Part shown: piece after piece, positions 47,635 through 57,763 of the stretch
Layout of the letters: each line of letters starts with the position of its first letter
Numbering within the stretch: position 1 is the first letter of the stretch
Source: Parvularculaceae bacterium
Lineage (GTDB): Bacteria > Pseudomonadota > Alphaproteobacteria > Caulobacterales > Parvularculaceae
Assembly: GCA_041744115.1 (NCBI GenBank)
Contig: JBGTLL010000181.1
Coordinates: 120 to 64,119, forward strand
Length of the DNA: 64,000 nucleotides
Direction of reading: 5' to 3'
Notes under the pieces: generated by a model
The model's database searches: none
Seen by the model: only the letters and a program-made list of their open reading frames with translations
What the model was told of the DNA's origin: nothing
Position numbers and translations under genes: made by a program

Positions 47635-49209
47635 ATGATGAAACGCGTAATCTTCATGCTGGCGCTAGTTTGCGGCTCGCCGCTGAATGCGGCGCCTCCA
47701 GCAGAGTTCGACGCTCGCGTCGAAGCGTTTCGCGAGGACGTGGGCGTTCCCGGCGTATCGATCGCGATTGTCGAAAAGGGCGCAGTCACCCTCGCCAGGG
47801 GCTATGGCGTGAAGCGCCTCGGTTCGCCCGATCCCGCCGGCCCCGATACGCTTTTTTCAACCGGCTCGACCGGCAAGGCGGTCACGGTCGCCGCGCTGGC
47901 GATCCTCGTCGACGAGGGAAAGATCGGCTGGGACGACAAGGTCATCGATCATCTGAGCTGGTTCCGGATGTACGATCCGTGGGTCACGCGCGAGATAACG
48001 ATCCGCGACCTCCTGGTTCACCGCAGCGGTCTCGGGCTTGGCGCGGGCGATCTGCTGTTCGTTCCCGACGCCAAAGCGTCTCGCGCGGAAAGTGTGCGGC
48101 GGCTGCGCTCGATCAAGCCGGCGACCAGTTTTCGCAGCGGCTATGCCTATGACAACGTCCTCTACATGGTGGCCGGCCAGCTGATCGAGGAGGTGACCGG
48201 CAAGACGTGGGAGCACTATGTCGCCGACCGTGTGCTCAAGCCCGCCGGCATGCTGAATTCGACGACCGATGACGACATCCGCTTCACCAGAGCCGATCGC
48301 GCGCAGCCGCACGCACGGATGAATGGCGGATTTCGCGGCGTCGGCGATCAGGAGTTGCTGAACGAACGCGACGGCCTCGGCCGCAACGCCGCCCCGGCCG
48401 GCGGCCTTGCGGTCAGCGCCAACGACATGGCGCGCTGGCTTCTTGTCCAGCTCGCGCGCGGCAAACTTCCCGGCAGCGAAGAACGGCTGTTCAGCGAGGC
48501 CGCATCGACGGAGATGTGGACCCCCGTCGTCATTCAGCCGGTCGATCAGTTGCCGGCAGCGCTCGCCGACGCCGTGCCCGATTTTTATACCTATGCGCTC
48601 GGCTGGGACGTCCAAGACTACAAGGGCGCGAAGATCATCTGGCATGGCGGCGCTGTCTTCGGTTTCAAGGCCGCCGTCGTGCTTATTCCCGATCGCGATG
48701 TCGGGTTCTCGATTGTCATCAATTCCGAAGACGGCGAACTTACTTACGGCGTCATGTATGAACTGCTCGACCATTACCTTGGCGAGCCCAAGGGCGACTG
48801 GCCCGCGGCCTGGAAAAACTATAAAGCGCAACGCGTCGCCGAAGCCAACGAAGCGCTGAAGGTCCAGACCGGCAAACCGGCGGGTGTGGGTCCGTCGCTT
48901 GCGCTTTCGGGCTATGCCGGAAATTACGCCGACCCGTGGTACGGGCCGATCGTCATCACCGAGAGAAAGGGCAAGCTCGCCATTGATTTCATGCACACGC
49001 CGGGAATGAAAGGCAGCCTCGATCACTGGCAATATGAAACTTTCCAGACCCGCTTCGCCGACAAGACGATCGAACCCGCTTACGTCACGTTCGTGCTCGA
49101 CGCCGACGGAAAGGTCGAGCGGATCACGATGAAGCCGGTCTCGCCGGCGGCCGACTTCAGCTACGATTATCAGGACCTTGTGTTCACCCCGGTCAAGGGA
49201 CCGCAATGA
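47635..49209 (+). CDS. Secreted class C-like serine hydrolase with a C-terminal DUF3471-like domain
   Basis: STGK, YDN, HGG; C-terminal YAGNYADPWYG...LDHWQYETF. Confidence 0.88.
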   Translation: MMKRVIFMLALVCGSPLNAAPPAEFDARVEAFREDVGVPGVSIAIVEKGAVTLARGYGVKRLGSPDPAGPDTLFSTGSTGKAVTVAALAILVDEGKIGWDDKVIDHLSWFRMYDPWVTREITIRDLLVHRSGLGLGAGDLLFVPDAKASRAESVRRLRSIKPATSFRSGYAYDNVLYMVAGQLIEEVTGKTWEHYVADRVLKPAGMLNSTTDDDIRFTRADRAQPHARMNGGFRGVGDQELLNERDGLGRNAAPAGGLAVSANDMARWLLVQLARGKLPGSEERLFSEAASTEMWTPVVIQPVDQLPAALADAVPDFYTYALGWDVQDYKGAKIIWHGGAVFGFKAAVVLIPDRDVGFSIVINSEDGELTYGVMYELLDHYLGEPKGDWPAAWKNYKAQRVAEANEALKVQTGKPAGVGPSLALSGYAGNYADPWYGPIVITERKGKLAIDFMHTPGMKGSLDHWQYETFQTRFADKTIEPAYVTFVLDADGKVERITMKPVSPAADFSYDYQDLVFTPVKGPQ

Positions 49210-49282
49210 CCGGTCTCGCGGTCGCATTCTTTTCCGCCGCCGGCGCTGCGGCGATCCTCGTCCATCTCTTCGAGCGGCTGCG

Positions 49283-50380
49283 GTGACAGCCAGCACGTCA
49301 TTTTTCCAGCGCTTCCTGCTGCCCGGTCTCGTCTTCAAGGCGGTCGTCATCGGCGGCGGCTACGCCACCGGGCGCGAACTCGTCGAGTTTTTCTTGCCGG
49401 CGGGCCCCGCGGGCGGCGTATTGGGAATGTTGCTCGCGATGGCGATCTGGAGCGCGGTGTGCGCCGTCGGCTTCGCGTTCGCGCATTCGCTTTCGGTCCA
49501 CGACTACCGCGGTTTTTTCAGGTCGCTCCTCGGGCCGTTCTGGCGGCTGTTCGAGGTTGCGTATCTGTTGTTCCTTGTGCTGATACTCGCCGTCGTCTCG
49601 GCGGCGGCGGGCGCGATCGGCGCCGCCCTCTTCGGCTGGCCGGTCGTCGCCGGCACGCTGATCCTGATGGCCGCGGTCGCCGGTGTTGCAAGCTTTGGCA
49701 ATGCCGGCGTCGAACGCGTGTTTCCCTACACGTCGGCGCTCATCTATATCGTATATGCGTTGTTTCTGGCGCTGGCGCTGACCAACTTCGGCGACCGCAT
49801 TCCCTCAAGGCTTGCGCTCGACGTTCCGATCGGCGGCTGGGCGACCGGCGGCGTCGTCTACGCCAGTTACAATGTTGTCGCGATGATCGCGGTTCTGCCT
49901 TTTGTGCGCCATCTGACCAGCCGCCGCGACGCCTTGATCGCGGGCGCGCTATCGGGGCCTTTGGCCATGCTCCCGGCGCTGATGTTCTTTCTGTGCATGA
50001 TCGCCTTCTATCCCGAGATCGGCGCCGAGACGCTGCCATCCGATTTTCTGCTCCAGCGCATGAACGCGCCGTGGTTTCACATGCTGTTCCAGCTGATGAT
50101 CTTCATGGCGCTGCTCGAAACCGCGGTCGGAGTAATCAACGCGTTCAACGAAAGGATCGGGACGACGCTCAAGGCGCGGAACGTGCGCCTTTACTCCTTT
50201 CGCGCGCGCTTCCTGGTGGTTGCGGCGCTGCTCGTCGGATCGGGCTTTGTTGCGGCGCGCTTTGGCCTGGTGACCCTCATCGCCAAGGGTTACGGGGCGT
50301 TCGGATACGTCATGCTCGCAATCCTCGTGGCGCCGCTTTTAACGATCGGTACCTGGAAGCTCCTGAGAACCCGGCAGTAA
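49283..50380 (+). CDS. YkvI-family membrane protein (putative amino-acid permease)
   Basis: VVIGGGYATGRELVEFF; multi-TM. GTG start inferred. Confidence 0.82.
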   Translation: MTASTSFFQRFLLPGLVFKAVVIGGGYATGRELVEFFLPAGPAGGVLGMLLAMAIWSAVCAVGFAFAHSLSVHDYRGFFRSLLGPFWRLFEVAYLLFLVLILAVVSAAAGAIGAALFGWPVVAGTLILMAAVAGVASFGNAGVERVFPYTSALIYIVYALFLALALTNFGDRIPSRLALDVPIGGWATGGVVYASYNVVAMIAVLPFVRHLTSRRDALIAGALSGPLAMLPALMFFLCMIAFYPEIGAETLPSDFLLQRMNAPWFHMLFQLMIFMALLETAVGVINAFNERIGTTLKARNVRLYSFRARFLVVAALLVGSGFVAARFGLVTLIAKGYGAFGYVMLAILVAPLLTIGTWKLLRTRQ

Positions 50381-50399
50381 GCGCTAATTCAAGTGCAAG

Positions 50400-50560
50400 C
50401 GAAGGGCCCCGTCAGACTCCGAACGAAAGCATCTTCTTCACCAGATTCGCCAGTTTGCGACCCTCAACGCCGCGAACCATCCGCCGGCGCATATCAATCG
50501 AAACCGAATGTCCCATGGGTCACCTCCAAAGAGGGTGAATCAAGTTTCGCCGTCACCGCA
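50400..50560 (-). pseudogene. IS630-like N-terminal stub
   Basis: GGAGG RBS, then MGHSVSIDMRRRMVRGVEG, resembling IS630 OrfA N-termini, ending after about 34 codons. Confidence 0.45.
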
Positions 50561-50693
50561 AACAAAATTGATTCGGGTTATCCGCCCGACGCTCTGGTCG
50601 CGAACAAGAAGAGACGACCAGAGCCCTAAGACACTGAAGTTACGAATAAAAAAGCACGGAGGCGGATGATGGGGTCTAGTCGGAAACAGGTGG

Positions 50694-50769
<76 letters not shown>

Positions 50770-50950
50770 GCCGCCAGCGGATGTCCGCTTTCCGGAGCGG
50801 CGGCTTATATTGAAGGGCGGGGCGGTTGTCCATCAATCGGGGCGTTCTTCCAATCCCGACCGGGCGCGATCGGCCCTTGCGCTTTACGGCGCGCGCCGGC
50901 GCCGATACGACGAGCCGGCGAATGGGCGGCGAGCGATCGGGAGACGCGAA

Positions 50951-51478
50951 TTGGCGATCACGGAGCGGGCAAAGAAAAAATCGGCGGCGGACGCCCGCAA
51001 GCATCTGACGGCGCCGAAGGGCGAGGGCAGGCCGTCGCTGCGGCAGCTCGGGCGCGCTGTTGAACCCGCTGCCTCGCCAGCGGCGGCGCTGATTGAAACG
51101 GTTCCCAATCCGCAGGCGGACGCGCTCTATCTCGCAAGGTTCACGGCGCCGGAGTTTACCGCGCTCTGCCCGGTCACCGGACAGCCGGATTTTGCCCATC
51201 TCGTCATCGATTACGCGCCGGCAAAGCGCCTCGTCGAATCGAAGTCGCTGAAACTCTTTCTCGCCTCGTTCCGCAATCATGGCGCTTTTCATGAAGACTG
51301 CACATTGACGATCGCAAAACGCATTGTCGCCGCGGTCCGGCCGCGCTGGCTCCGGATCGCCGGCTATTGGTATCCGCGCGGCGGCATTCCGATCGACGTG
51401 TTTTACCAGACCGGCGAAGCGCCGGCGGGGCTCTGGATTCCCGAGACAGGCGTTCCAGCGTACCGGGGACGGGGATGA
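50951..51478 (+). CDS. queF: NADPH-dependent preQ0 reductase
   Basis: [31 protein letters not shown]. Start uncertain (TTG 50951 chosen). Confidence 0.93.
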   Translation: MAITERAKKKSAADARKHLTAPKGEGRPSLRQLGRAVEPAASPAAALIETVPNPQADALYLARFTAPEFTALCPVTGQPDFAHLVIDYAPAKRLVESKSLKLFLASFRNHGAFHEDCTLTIAKRIVAAVRPRWLRIAGYWYPRGGIPIDVFYQTGEAPAGLWIPETGVPAYRGRG

Positions 51479-51503
51479 CAGGAAAACACTGGAGAAAATC
51501 GTC

Positions 51504-52394
51504 ATGATGAATGCGCTCCGTACACTGATGGCTGCCGGCGTCGCTTCGAGTGTCGCGTCCCCGGCGCTCGCCGATGCCCTGGAAGGAAAGAAGGGCGCCG
51601 CCGAAATCCTGGCCGAGACGACGGCCGAGGACTGGCGCACAATTCCCGCCGAGGAACTTCTCGTGATCGAACTTGAACGCGGCAAGGTGACGGTTGCGCT
51701 GTCGCCGGCGCTCGCGCAAAATCACGTGAAACAGGTGAAAAAGCTGGCGCGCGAAGGGTTTTACGACGGACTTTCCTTCTATCGCGTCATCGACGGCTTC
51801 GTTGCGCAAGGGGGCGACCCTTTCAGCGAACGCAAAATCAAGAAAGCAAAAAAATCGATGAAGGCCGAGTTTGAAGGGTCAATCGACAATATCCCCTTCG
51901 CAGCGTTGAAAGACGCCGACGGCTTCGCGCCGGTTTCGGGATTTGTCGCAAGCCTTCCGGCCGGCCATGACGAGACGGTCGGAACCTTCTGGCACTTACA
52001 CTGCCTCGGCGCCTTCGCCTTCGGCCGCGAAGACGGGCCAGACACCGCATCGACCGAGTTCTACATCGCGCTGCAGCCGCAGCGTTATCTCGACCGCAAT
52101 ATGTCGGTCCTTGGCCGCGTCATCGACGGCATGCAGCATCTTCAGGGCTTGCGCCGCGTCGAGCCGCCGGACTCAAAGGAAGACGATATCGGCGAGACAA
52201 TCGTCTCGTTCCGCGTCGCCGCCGATATACCGGAAGCGGAGCGCGAGACGTTCGAGATTCTGGACAGCGCGCGGCCCGCTTTCACCGCCTACGCCGAAGC
52301 CCGCCGCAACCGGTCGGAAGCCTTCTTTCATTTTCGCGCCGATCATCTGGATGTGTGTCAATTGCCGGTGCCGGTGCGGAGGAAGACTTCGTGA
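51504..52394 (+). CDS. Secreted cyclophilin-type peptidylprolyl isomerase
   Basis: FYDGLSFYRVIDGFVAQGGD; signal peptide. Confidence 0.9.
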   Translation: MMNALRTLMAAGVASSVASPALADALEGKKGAAEILAETTAEDWRTIPAEELLVIELERGKVTVALSPALAQNHVKQVKKLAREGFYDGLSFYRVIDGFVAQGGDPFSERKIKKAKKSMKAEFEGSIDNIPFAALKDADGFAPVSGFVASLPAGHDETVGTFWHLHCLGAFAFGREDGPDTASTEFYIALQPQRYLDRNMSVLGRVIDGMQHLQGLRRVEPPDSKEDDIGETIVSFRVAADIPEAERETFEILDSARPAFTAYAEARRNRSEAFFHFRADHLDVCQLPVPVRRKTS

Positions 52395-52399
52395 AGGTA

Positions 52400-52477
52400 C
52401 GGCAATCGGCAATCGGAAATCGGCAATCGAAGATCAGGGATTTTTTCCGGTTGCCGGTTGCCGATTGCCGATTGCCG
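52400..52477. repeat. Inverted pair of heptamer tandem arrays (CGGCAAT x4 / GATTGCC-like x4)
   Basis: Directly visible; can fold into a long hairpin between the PPIase and NUDIX genes. Confidence 0.8.
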
Positions 52478-52491
52478 CGCGGTTGTTCGCC

Positions 52492-53100
52492 ATGACCGAC
52501 CGCGCCGGCCGCAAAATCGGTCCGTGGACGGTCCAATCGGAACACGCCGTCTATGACAATCCGTGGATTGCCGTCACCGATTGCAAGGTCCTGAGGCCGG
52601 ACGGCGCGCCGGGCCAGTACGGCGTCGTTCATTTCAAGAACGTCGCCGTCGGCGTTCTGCCGATCGGCGACGACGGGATGGTCGCGCTGGTCGGCCAGCA
52701 CCGCTTTCCGGCCGACGCCTATAGCTGGGAACTCCCTGAGGGCGGCGGCAAGCTCGACGAGGATCCGATGGCGGCCGCCAAACGCGAACTCGCCGAGGAG
52801 ACGGGGTTCAAAGCCCGGCACTGGCTCCGACTGCCGGAATTCGACCTTTCCAACTCGGTGACGGACGAAAAGGGCGTCTGTTTCCTCGCCTGGGGGCTGC
52901 AGGCGGGTCCGGCCGCGCCCGATGGCGACGAGATCCTTGCTCACAGGCGCGTCAGCTTTTCTGAGCTTCACGAAATGGTGCTGGCCGGAGACATTCGCGA
53001 TTCGCTGACTATGATCATGGTGCTGACGGCCAAGGCGCTGGCGGCGGCGGGGCGGTTGCCGGAAGAGGTGTCGCGCCTCATTCTGGACCCCCATGAATAA
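52492..53100 (+). CDS. NUDIX hydrolase (ADP-ribose pyrophosphatase-like)
   Basis: WELPEGGG...AAKRELAEETG Nudix box. Confidence 0.92.
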   Translation: MTDRAGRKIGPWTVQSEHAVYDNPWIAVTDCKVLRPDGAPGQYGVVHFKNVAVGVLPIGDDGMVALVGQHRFPADAYSWELPEGGGKLDEDPMAAAKRELAEETGFKARHWLRLPEFDLSNSVTDEKGVCFLAWGLQAGPAAPDGDEILAHRRVSFSELHEMVLAGDIRDSLTMIMVLTAKALAAAGRLPEEVSRLILDPHE

Positions 53101-53109
53101 GGAGCGTTC

Positions 53110-53908
53110 GATGAGCGTTTCGAAGGTGCTGAAGCTCGCCCGCGACCAGACCTGGCCGCGGATGCGGGTCGAGGCTGCGGCGGTCGCGGCGCGCGAGCCG
53201 GCGCTTGCAAGTTTCCTTCACGCCAACATCCTCAATCATCTCTCGTTCGAAGACGCGCTGTCCTACCGGATCGCGCAGAAAGTGTCCGACGCCGAGATGA
53301 ATGCGATGCTGTGGCGCGATGTCTGCCTTGAAGCCTATGGCGACGAACCGGCGATCGTCGAAGCCGGGCTTGCCGACATTCTGGCGGTCTATGAGCGCGA
53401 TCCCGCCTGCATCGAATATGTCCAGCCTTTCCTTTATTTCAAAGGCTATCTGTCGCTTCAGGCGCAGCGCGTCGCCAACTGGCTGTGGCGCCATGACCGC
53501 CGGCCGCTGGCGCTGTATCTGCAAAGCCGGATGTCGGAGCTGTTCCAGGTCGACATTCATCCGGCGACGACGATCGGCAAGGGCGTCTTCATCGATCATG
53601 CGACCGGCGTCGTCGTCGGCGAGACGGCGGTGATCGAAGATGACGTGTCGATCCTGCAGAACGTGACGCTTGGCGGCACCGGCAAGGAAACCGGCGACCG
53701 CCATCCGAAAATCCGCAAAGGGGCCCTGATCAGCGTCGGCGCCAAAGTCCTCGGCAATATCGAGATCGGCGAGAACGCCAAGGTCGCCGCGGGCAGCGTC
53801 GTCCTGCAATCGGTCAAGCCCGGCTGCACCGTCGCCGGCGTCCCGGCCAAACCGGTTGGCGACTGCGCCGGGCCGCCGGCGATGACGATGGATCAGGGCA
53901 TCGATTGA
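53110..53908 (+). CDS. cysE: Serine O-acetyltransferase
   Basis: VDIHPA, IDHATGVVVGETA, TLGGTGKETGDRHPK, AGVPAK. Confidence 0.96.
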
Positions 53909-54065
53909 GCGGTCAATAGTCCGTGTACGGACGTATGGTATCCTTCGACAGGCCCAGGATGAAGTGAAAGGCAACTCTTTTTGCGAAAGAATGGGGAATT
54001 CATCCGCCCTCTGGCGCAAGTCGATCGTGCAGCAACGCAACCCGATCTCCCCGACGTTCTCGTCA

Positions 54066-54707
54066 TCCGCCGAAATCGACCGTGTACGGCTATTTCGACC
54101 TTTGGACCTGGGACAGGACGCTCGACCGCATGCTCGCGGCGCTTTACGAAAAGTGTCGCGAGCAAGCCGGGCGCGAGGCCTCCCCGACCGCCGCCATCGT
54201 CGACAGCCAGAGCGTGAAAAGCGCTGAAAAAGGGGGCTTCATGACGCGCCGGGCTATGATGCCGGCAAGAAAATCAAGGGCAAGAAGCGGCACATTCTCG
54301 TCGATACGCAAGGCCTCCTGATGCACGCCATCGTGCATGCCGCCGATGTTCAAGATCGCGACGGCGGCGAACTTCTCATGGCGACCTTGTTCGGCCTCTA
54401 TCCGTTTCTCCTCAAGCTCTACGCCGATGGCGGTTATCAGGGGCCGGAGTTTCGCCGCGCCGTCGCCAAAATCTTCAAGAACGTCAACGTCGAAATCGTC
54501 AAGCGATCCGATCAAGCAAAGGGCTTCGTCGTTCTGCCCAAACGCTGGATCGTCGAACGCACTTTCGCCTGGCTCGGGCGTTGTCGGCGGCTCGCCAGGG
54601 ACTGGGAGAACCTCAACCACAAGGCGCTCGCCTTCTTGCGCCTCGCCTCCATCCGTCTGATGCTCAGAAAACTATGCAATCCCGCATGATGTTTCCGGAC
54701 AGACTCT
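54066..54707 (+). mobile_element. IS5-family element, 5'-truncated
   Basis: PPKSTVYGYF...AIVDSQSVK; GAAAAAGGGGG shift; GYDAGKKIKGKKRH...ADGGYQG...RWIVERTFAW. Right end TTTCCGGACAGACTCT at 54692-54707. Confidence 0.88.
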
Positions 54708-54735
54708 TAGAGTTTCTAATTGAAGCGCTCATACC

Positions 54736-55897
54736 CAGGGGAATCGCATATGATGGTTTTGCACTGAGGTCGAACAGGATTCCTGAAGGTCTTTCTGAAT
54801 TGGGAGGACCTGATGGAAAAGTTCGAGGTATTTTTTGGCGATGTTGCCGATCCGCGGGCGGGCAATGCGCGGCACACGCTTTTGGCGGTGATGTTCATCG
54901 CCTTGGCGGCGACTTTGTGCGGGGCGCAAAGCTGCGTCGACATGGCGTTGTTTGCGCGGTCGAAGCAGCGTTTTCTCCGCGGGATCGTGGAGATGGCGCA
55001 CGGGGCGCCGAGCCATGACACGTTCAGCCGGGTGTTCCGGCGGCTCGACCCCGAGGCGTTCGAGCGAGCGTTTGCCGCCTTCACGAAACGCTTCGCCGCC
55101 AAGCTTGAGGGCGTCGTTGCGATCGACGGCAAGGCGCTCAAGGGCGCGTATGCGCGCGAAGTCCTGTCCCTTGCATCTGGTCAATGTCTGGGCGGCCGAG
55201 GCGCGGTTCGTCGTCGCCCAGCGCATCGCGCCTGGCCGCAATGAAGTTCAGGGCGTTCTCGACGCTCTGGCGCTGCTCGATCTTGAAGACTGCATCGTCA
55301 CCGCCGACGCCTTGCATTGCCGCAAGGACGTGGCGGCGGCGATCCGCGAGAGCGGCGGCGATTATGCGCTCGCCGTCAAAGCCAACCAGCCTCTGCTCCT
55401 CGCCGAAGTCGAACGCCTTCTTGCGGCCGGGCCGGGCGAGCGGAGCGTCGGCGACGTCGAGGACAGGCATGATCGCGCGGAAATCCGCCGCGCAACGATC
55501 GTTTCGGCCCCTGATCTTGAACGCACCCACGGCTTTCCCGGCGCCCGCGCGGTCGCCAGCGTCGAAGCGGTCAGGCAGACCGCCGGCGGAGCCGAAACCA
55601 TCAGCACACGCCTTTTCATATTGTCCGCGCCGCTTTCCGCCGACAGGCTCGCCAGCGTCGTCCGCGCGCACTGGAGCATCGAAAACAATCTCCACTGGGT
55701 CCTCGACGTCGCCTTCAATGAAGACGCCGCCAGAATCGAAGCGGAAACGGTCCGCAAAACCTCTCCCTCCTGCGCAAGCTCGCCCTCAACATCCTCAAGG
55801 CCGACAACGACAAGGGTTCTCTCAAAGGCAAAATCAAACGCGCCGGATGGGACGAGGCTTTCCTCAGTAAGCTCCTTGCTCATATGCGATAGCCCTG
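54736..55897 (+). mobile_element. ISAs1-family element with intact ends and a frameshifted transposase
   Basis: 17-bp IRs CAGGGGAATCGCATATG/CATATGCGATAGCCCTG (15/17 match); perfect 10-bp TSD CGCTCATACC (54726-54735, 55898-55907). Motifs VPSHDT-like, IDGK, TADALH, HWSIEN. Shifts near 55155 and 55735. Confidence 0.95.
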
Positions 55898-56114
55898 CGC
55901 TCATACCGGGGCCGCTCGTCGCGAAGAAAGATGTTGTAAAGTTTTCCATGCCGTCGGACCTTACTGGGCCAATTGACCACATCTGCTTTGGCAGGGGGGG
56001 TGATATGCTCGATCTGAAGGCGCTGCGCGACGCCGCCCGCGCCATTGCGTCCAAGCTAAATGTCGCAAACCATTCTGTGCGGGCGGATCGACTGGTTTTT
56101 CCCGAAGTCTAACT

Positions 56115-56720
56115 ATGCCCGCCGCCAATATCGGACCTGAACTGCAGCGCCTCATCGATCTCCTCGCGAAAATGCCGGGGCTGGGGCCGCGTTCGGCCAA
56201 ACGCGCGGCGCTTTACCTCTTGAAAAAGCGCGAGCCGGTAATGCGTCCGCTCGCTTTTGCGCTCGCTGACGCCGCCGACAAGGTGAAGGCGTGCGCGATC
56301 TGCGGCAATTGGGATTCGATCGACCCGTGCGCGATCTGTTCGGACCCTTCCCGCGATCCGGCGATCTTGTGTGTCGTGCAGGATGTCGGCGATCTGTGGG
56401 CGCTTGAACGCGCCGGGGCGCACAAGGGGCGTTATCATGTCCTGGGCGGCCTGCTGTCGGCGCTTGACGGCATTGGCCCCGCCGATCTCCACATCGGCGG
56501 GCTTGTCGCGCGCGCGGCGGACGGCGTTGTCAGGGAAATCGTCCTCGCTTTGCCGGCGACCGTCGACGGCCAGACGACGTCGCATTACGTCATGGACCAG
56601 TTGCTGGCGATGAAAATCAGCGTGACGCGCCTGTCGCAGGGCGTGCCGGTCGGCGGCGAGCTTGATTATCTCGACGAGGGAACGCTCGCCGCGGCGATGA
56701 AAACGCGCCGGCCCGCATGA
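56115..56720 (+). CDS. recR: Recombination mediator RecR
   Basis: MPGLGPRSA HhH; C4 zinc finger; YHVLGG; [16 protein letters not shown]. Confidence 0.97.
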   Translation: MPAANIGPELQRLIDLLAKMPGLGPRSAKRAALYLLKKREPVMRPLAFALADAADKVKACAICGNWDSIDPCAICSDPSRDPAILCVVQDVGDLWALERAGAHKGRYHVLGGLLSALDGIGPADLHIGGLVARAADGVVREIVLALPATVDGQTTSHYVMDQLLAMKISVTRLSQGVPVGGELDYLDEGTLAAAMKTRRPA

Positions 56721-57763
56721 TGCCAGCACATTCCGCCTTTCTCGACGGTCTCTGGTATCTCGCCGCCGCCTCTTCGGACTTGAAACGGGGGCGAATGCTG
56801 CGCCGGATACTGTTTGGCGACCCGGTCGTCCTTGGAAGGACAAAATCGGGCGCGGCCTTCGCCTTGCGCGATGTCTGTCCGCATCGCGCAGCGCCCTTGT
56901 CCGGCGGCCGGCTTTGCGAGGCGGGCGCGGAGGCGGTGGTCGCGTGCCCGTATCACGCTTGGGCGTTCCGGATATCGGACGGGCGTTGCGCTTCGGTTCC
57001 AGCGCTTTGTTCGGACGACGGCCGCGACATTTCGACAATCGCGACGCCAGCCTACAGGCTCCGCGAATCGAACGGCCTTGTCTGGATTTACCGAGGCGAA
57101 GGCGAACCGGAGACGCCGGCGCCCGACATTGGTCTACCCGCCGCCTGGCGGCCAAAGACTGTCACCGTTGTCGAGGCGAGCGGCCCGTTCGACGAAGCGG
57201 TGATCGGCCTTGCCGATCCGGCGCATACGCCGACCGTGCACAAGCAATGGTGGTGGCGGGAAGGCGCGCCGCGACAGGACAAAGTGAAACGGTTCGAGCC
57301 GACGCCGCTCGGGTTCAAAATGCCGGCGCATGCGCCGTCATCGAATACGCGCATCTACAAATTTATCGGCGGGCCGACGACGGAGATCGAGTTCCGCCTG
57401 CCGGGTTTAAGGCTTGAGCACATCCGCAACGACAGGCGCCGCATCTTGAGTCTCACTGCGATGACGCCGGGCGAAGCGAATGCGACCCGGATCACCCATG
57501 TCATCTTCTGGGATTTCGCTCTGCTCGACCTGATGCGGCCCATCGCGCAAAGGATGGCGGACGACTTTCTCGGCCAGGACGGCGCGATCCTCAGCCTGCA
57601 AAATGAAAACCTCGCGCGGATCGATCACCGCCCGCTTTATCTCGGCGATCCGGACGAGCCGGCCAAGTGGTATCTCAGATTGAAGCGCGCCTGGGCCTCG
57701 CGCGAGGAAGAGGGCGGCTTCAGGAACCCGCTGGCGCCGTCGCTTTTGCGCTGGCGCACATGA
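56717..57763 (+). CDS. Rieske non-heme iron oxygenase alpha subunit (VanA-like)
   Basis: CPHR...CPYH Rieske motif; DPAHTPTVH and QD mononuclear iron ligands. Confidence 0.9.
   Translation: MMPAHSAFLDGLWYLAAASSDLKRGRMLRRILFGDPVVLGRTKSGAAFALRDVCPHRAAPLSGGRLCEAGAEAVVACPYHAWAFRISDGRCASVPALCSDDGRDISTIATPAYRLRESNGLVWIYRGEGEPETPAPDIGLPAAWRPKTVTVVEASGPFDEAVIGLADPAHTPTVHKQWWWREGAPRQDKVKRFEPTPLGFKMPAHAPSSNTRIYKFIGGPTTEIEFRLPGLRLEHIRNDRRRILSLTAMTPGEANATRITHVIFWDFALLDLMRPIAQRMADDFLGQDGAILSLQNENLARIDHRPLYLGDPDEPAKWYLRLKRAWASREEEGGFRNPLAPSLLRWRT

Noticed and set aside
52400-52477. Possible CRISPR or other spacer array here or at 7217-7253
   Set aside because: Units are 7-10 bp with no unique spacers, and no cas genes are present.
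54731-54741. CCCAGGGG as another tRNA-Phe att copy
   Set aside because: Explained by the ISAs1 TSD/IR junction, and it lies on the wrong side of the tRNA.
54952-56112. 386-aa ORF as an intact transposase
   Set aside because: Only its middle is in the ISAs1 frame, and it reads through the right IR.
56004-56112. Short [20 protein letters not shown]... before recR
   Set aside because: About 35 aa with no recognisable family; does not resemble YbaB/EbfC.
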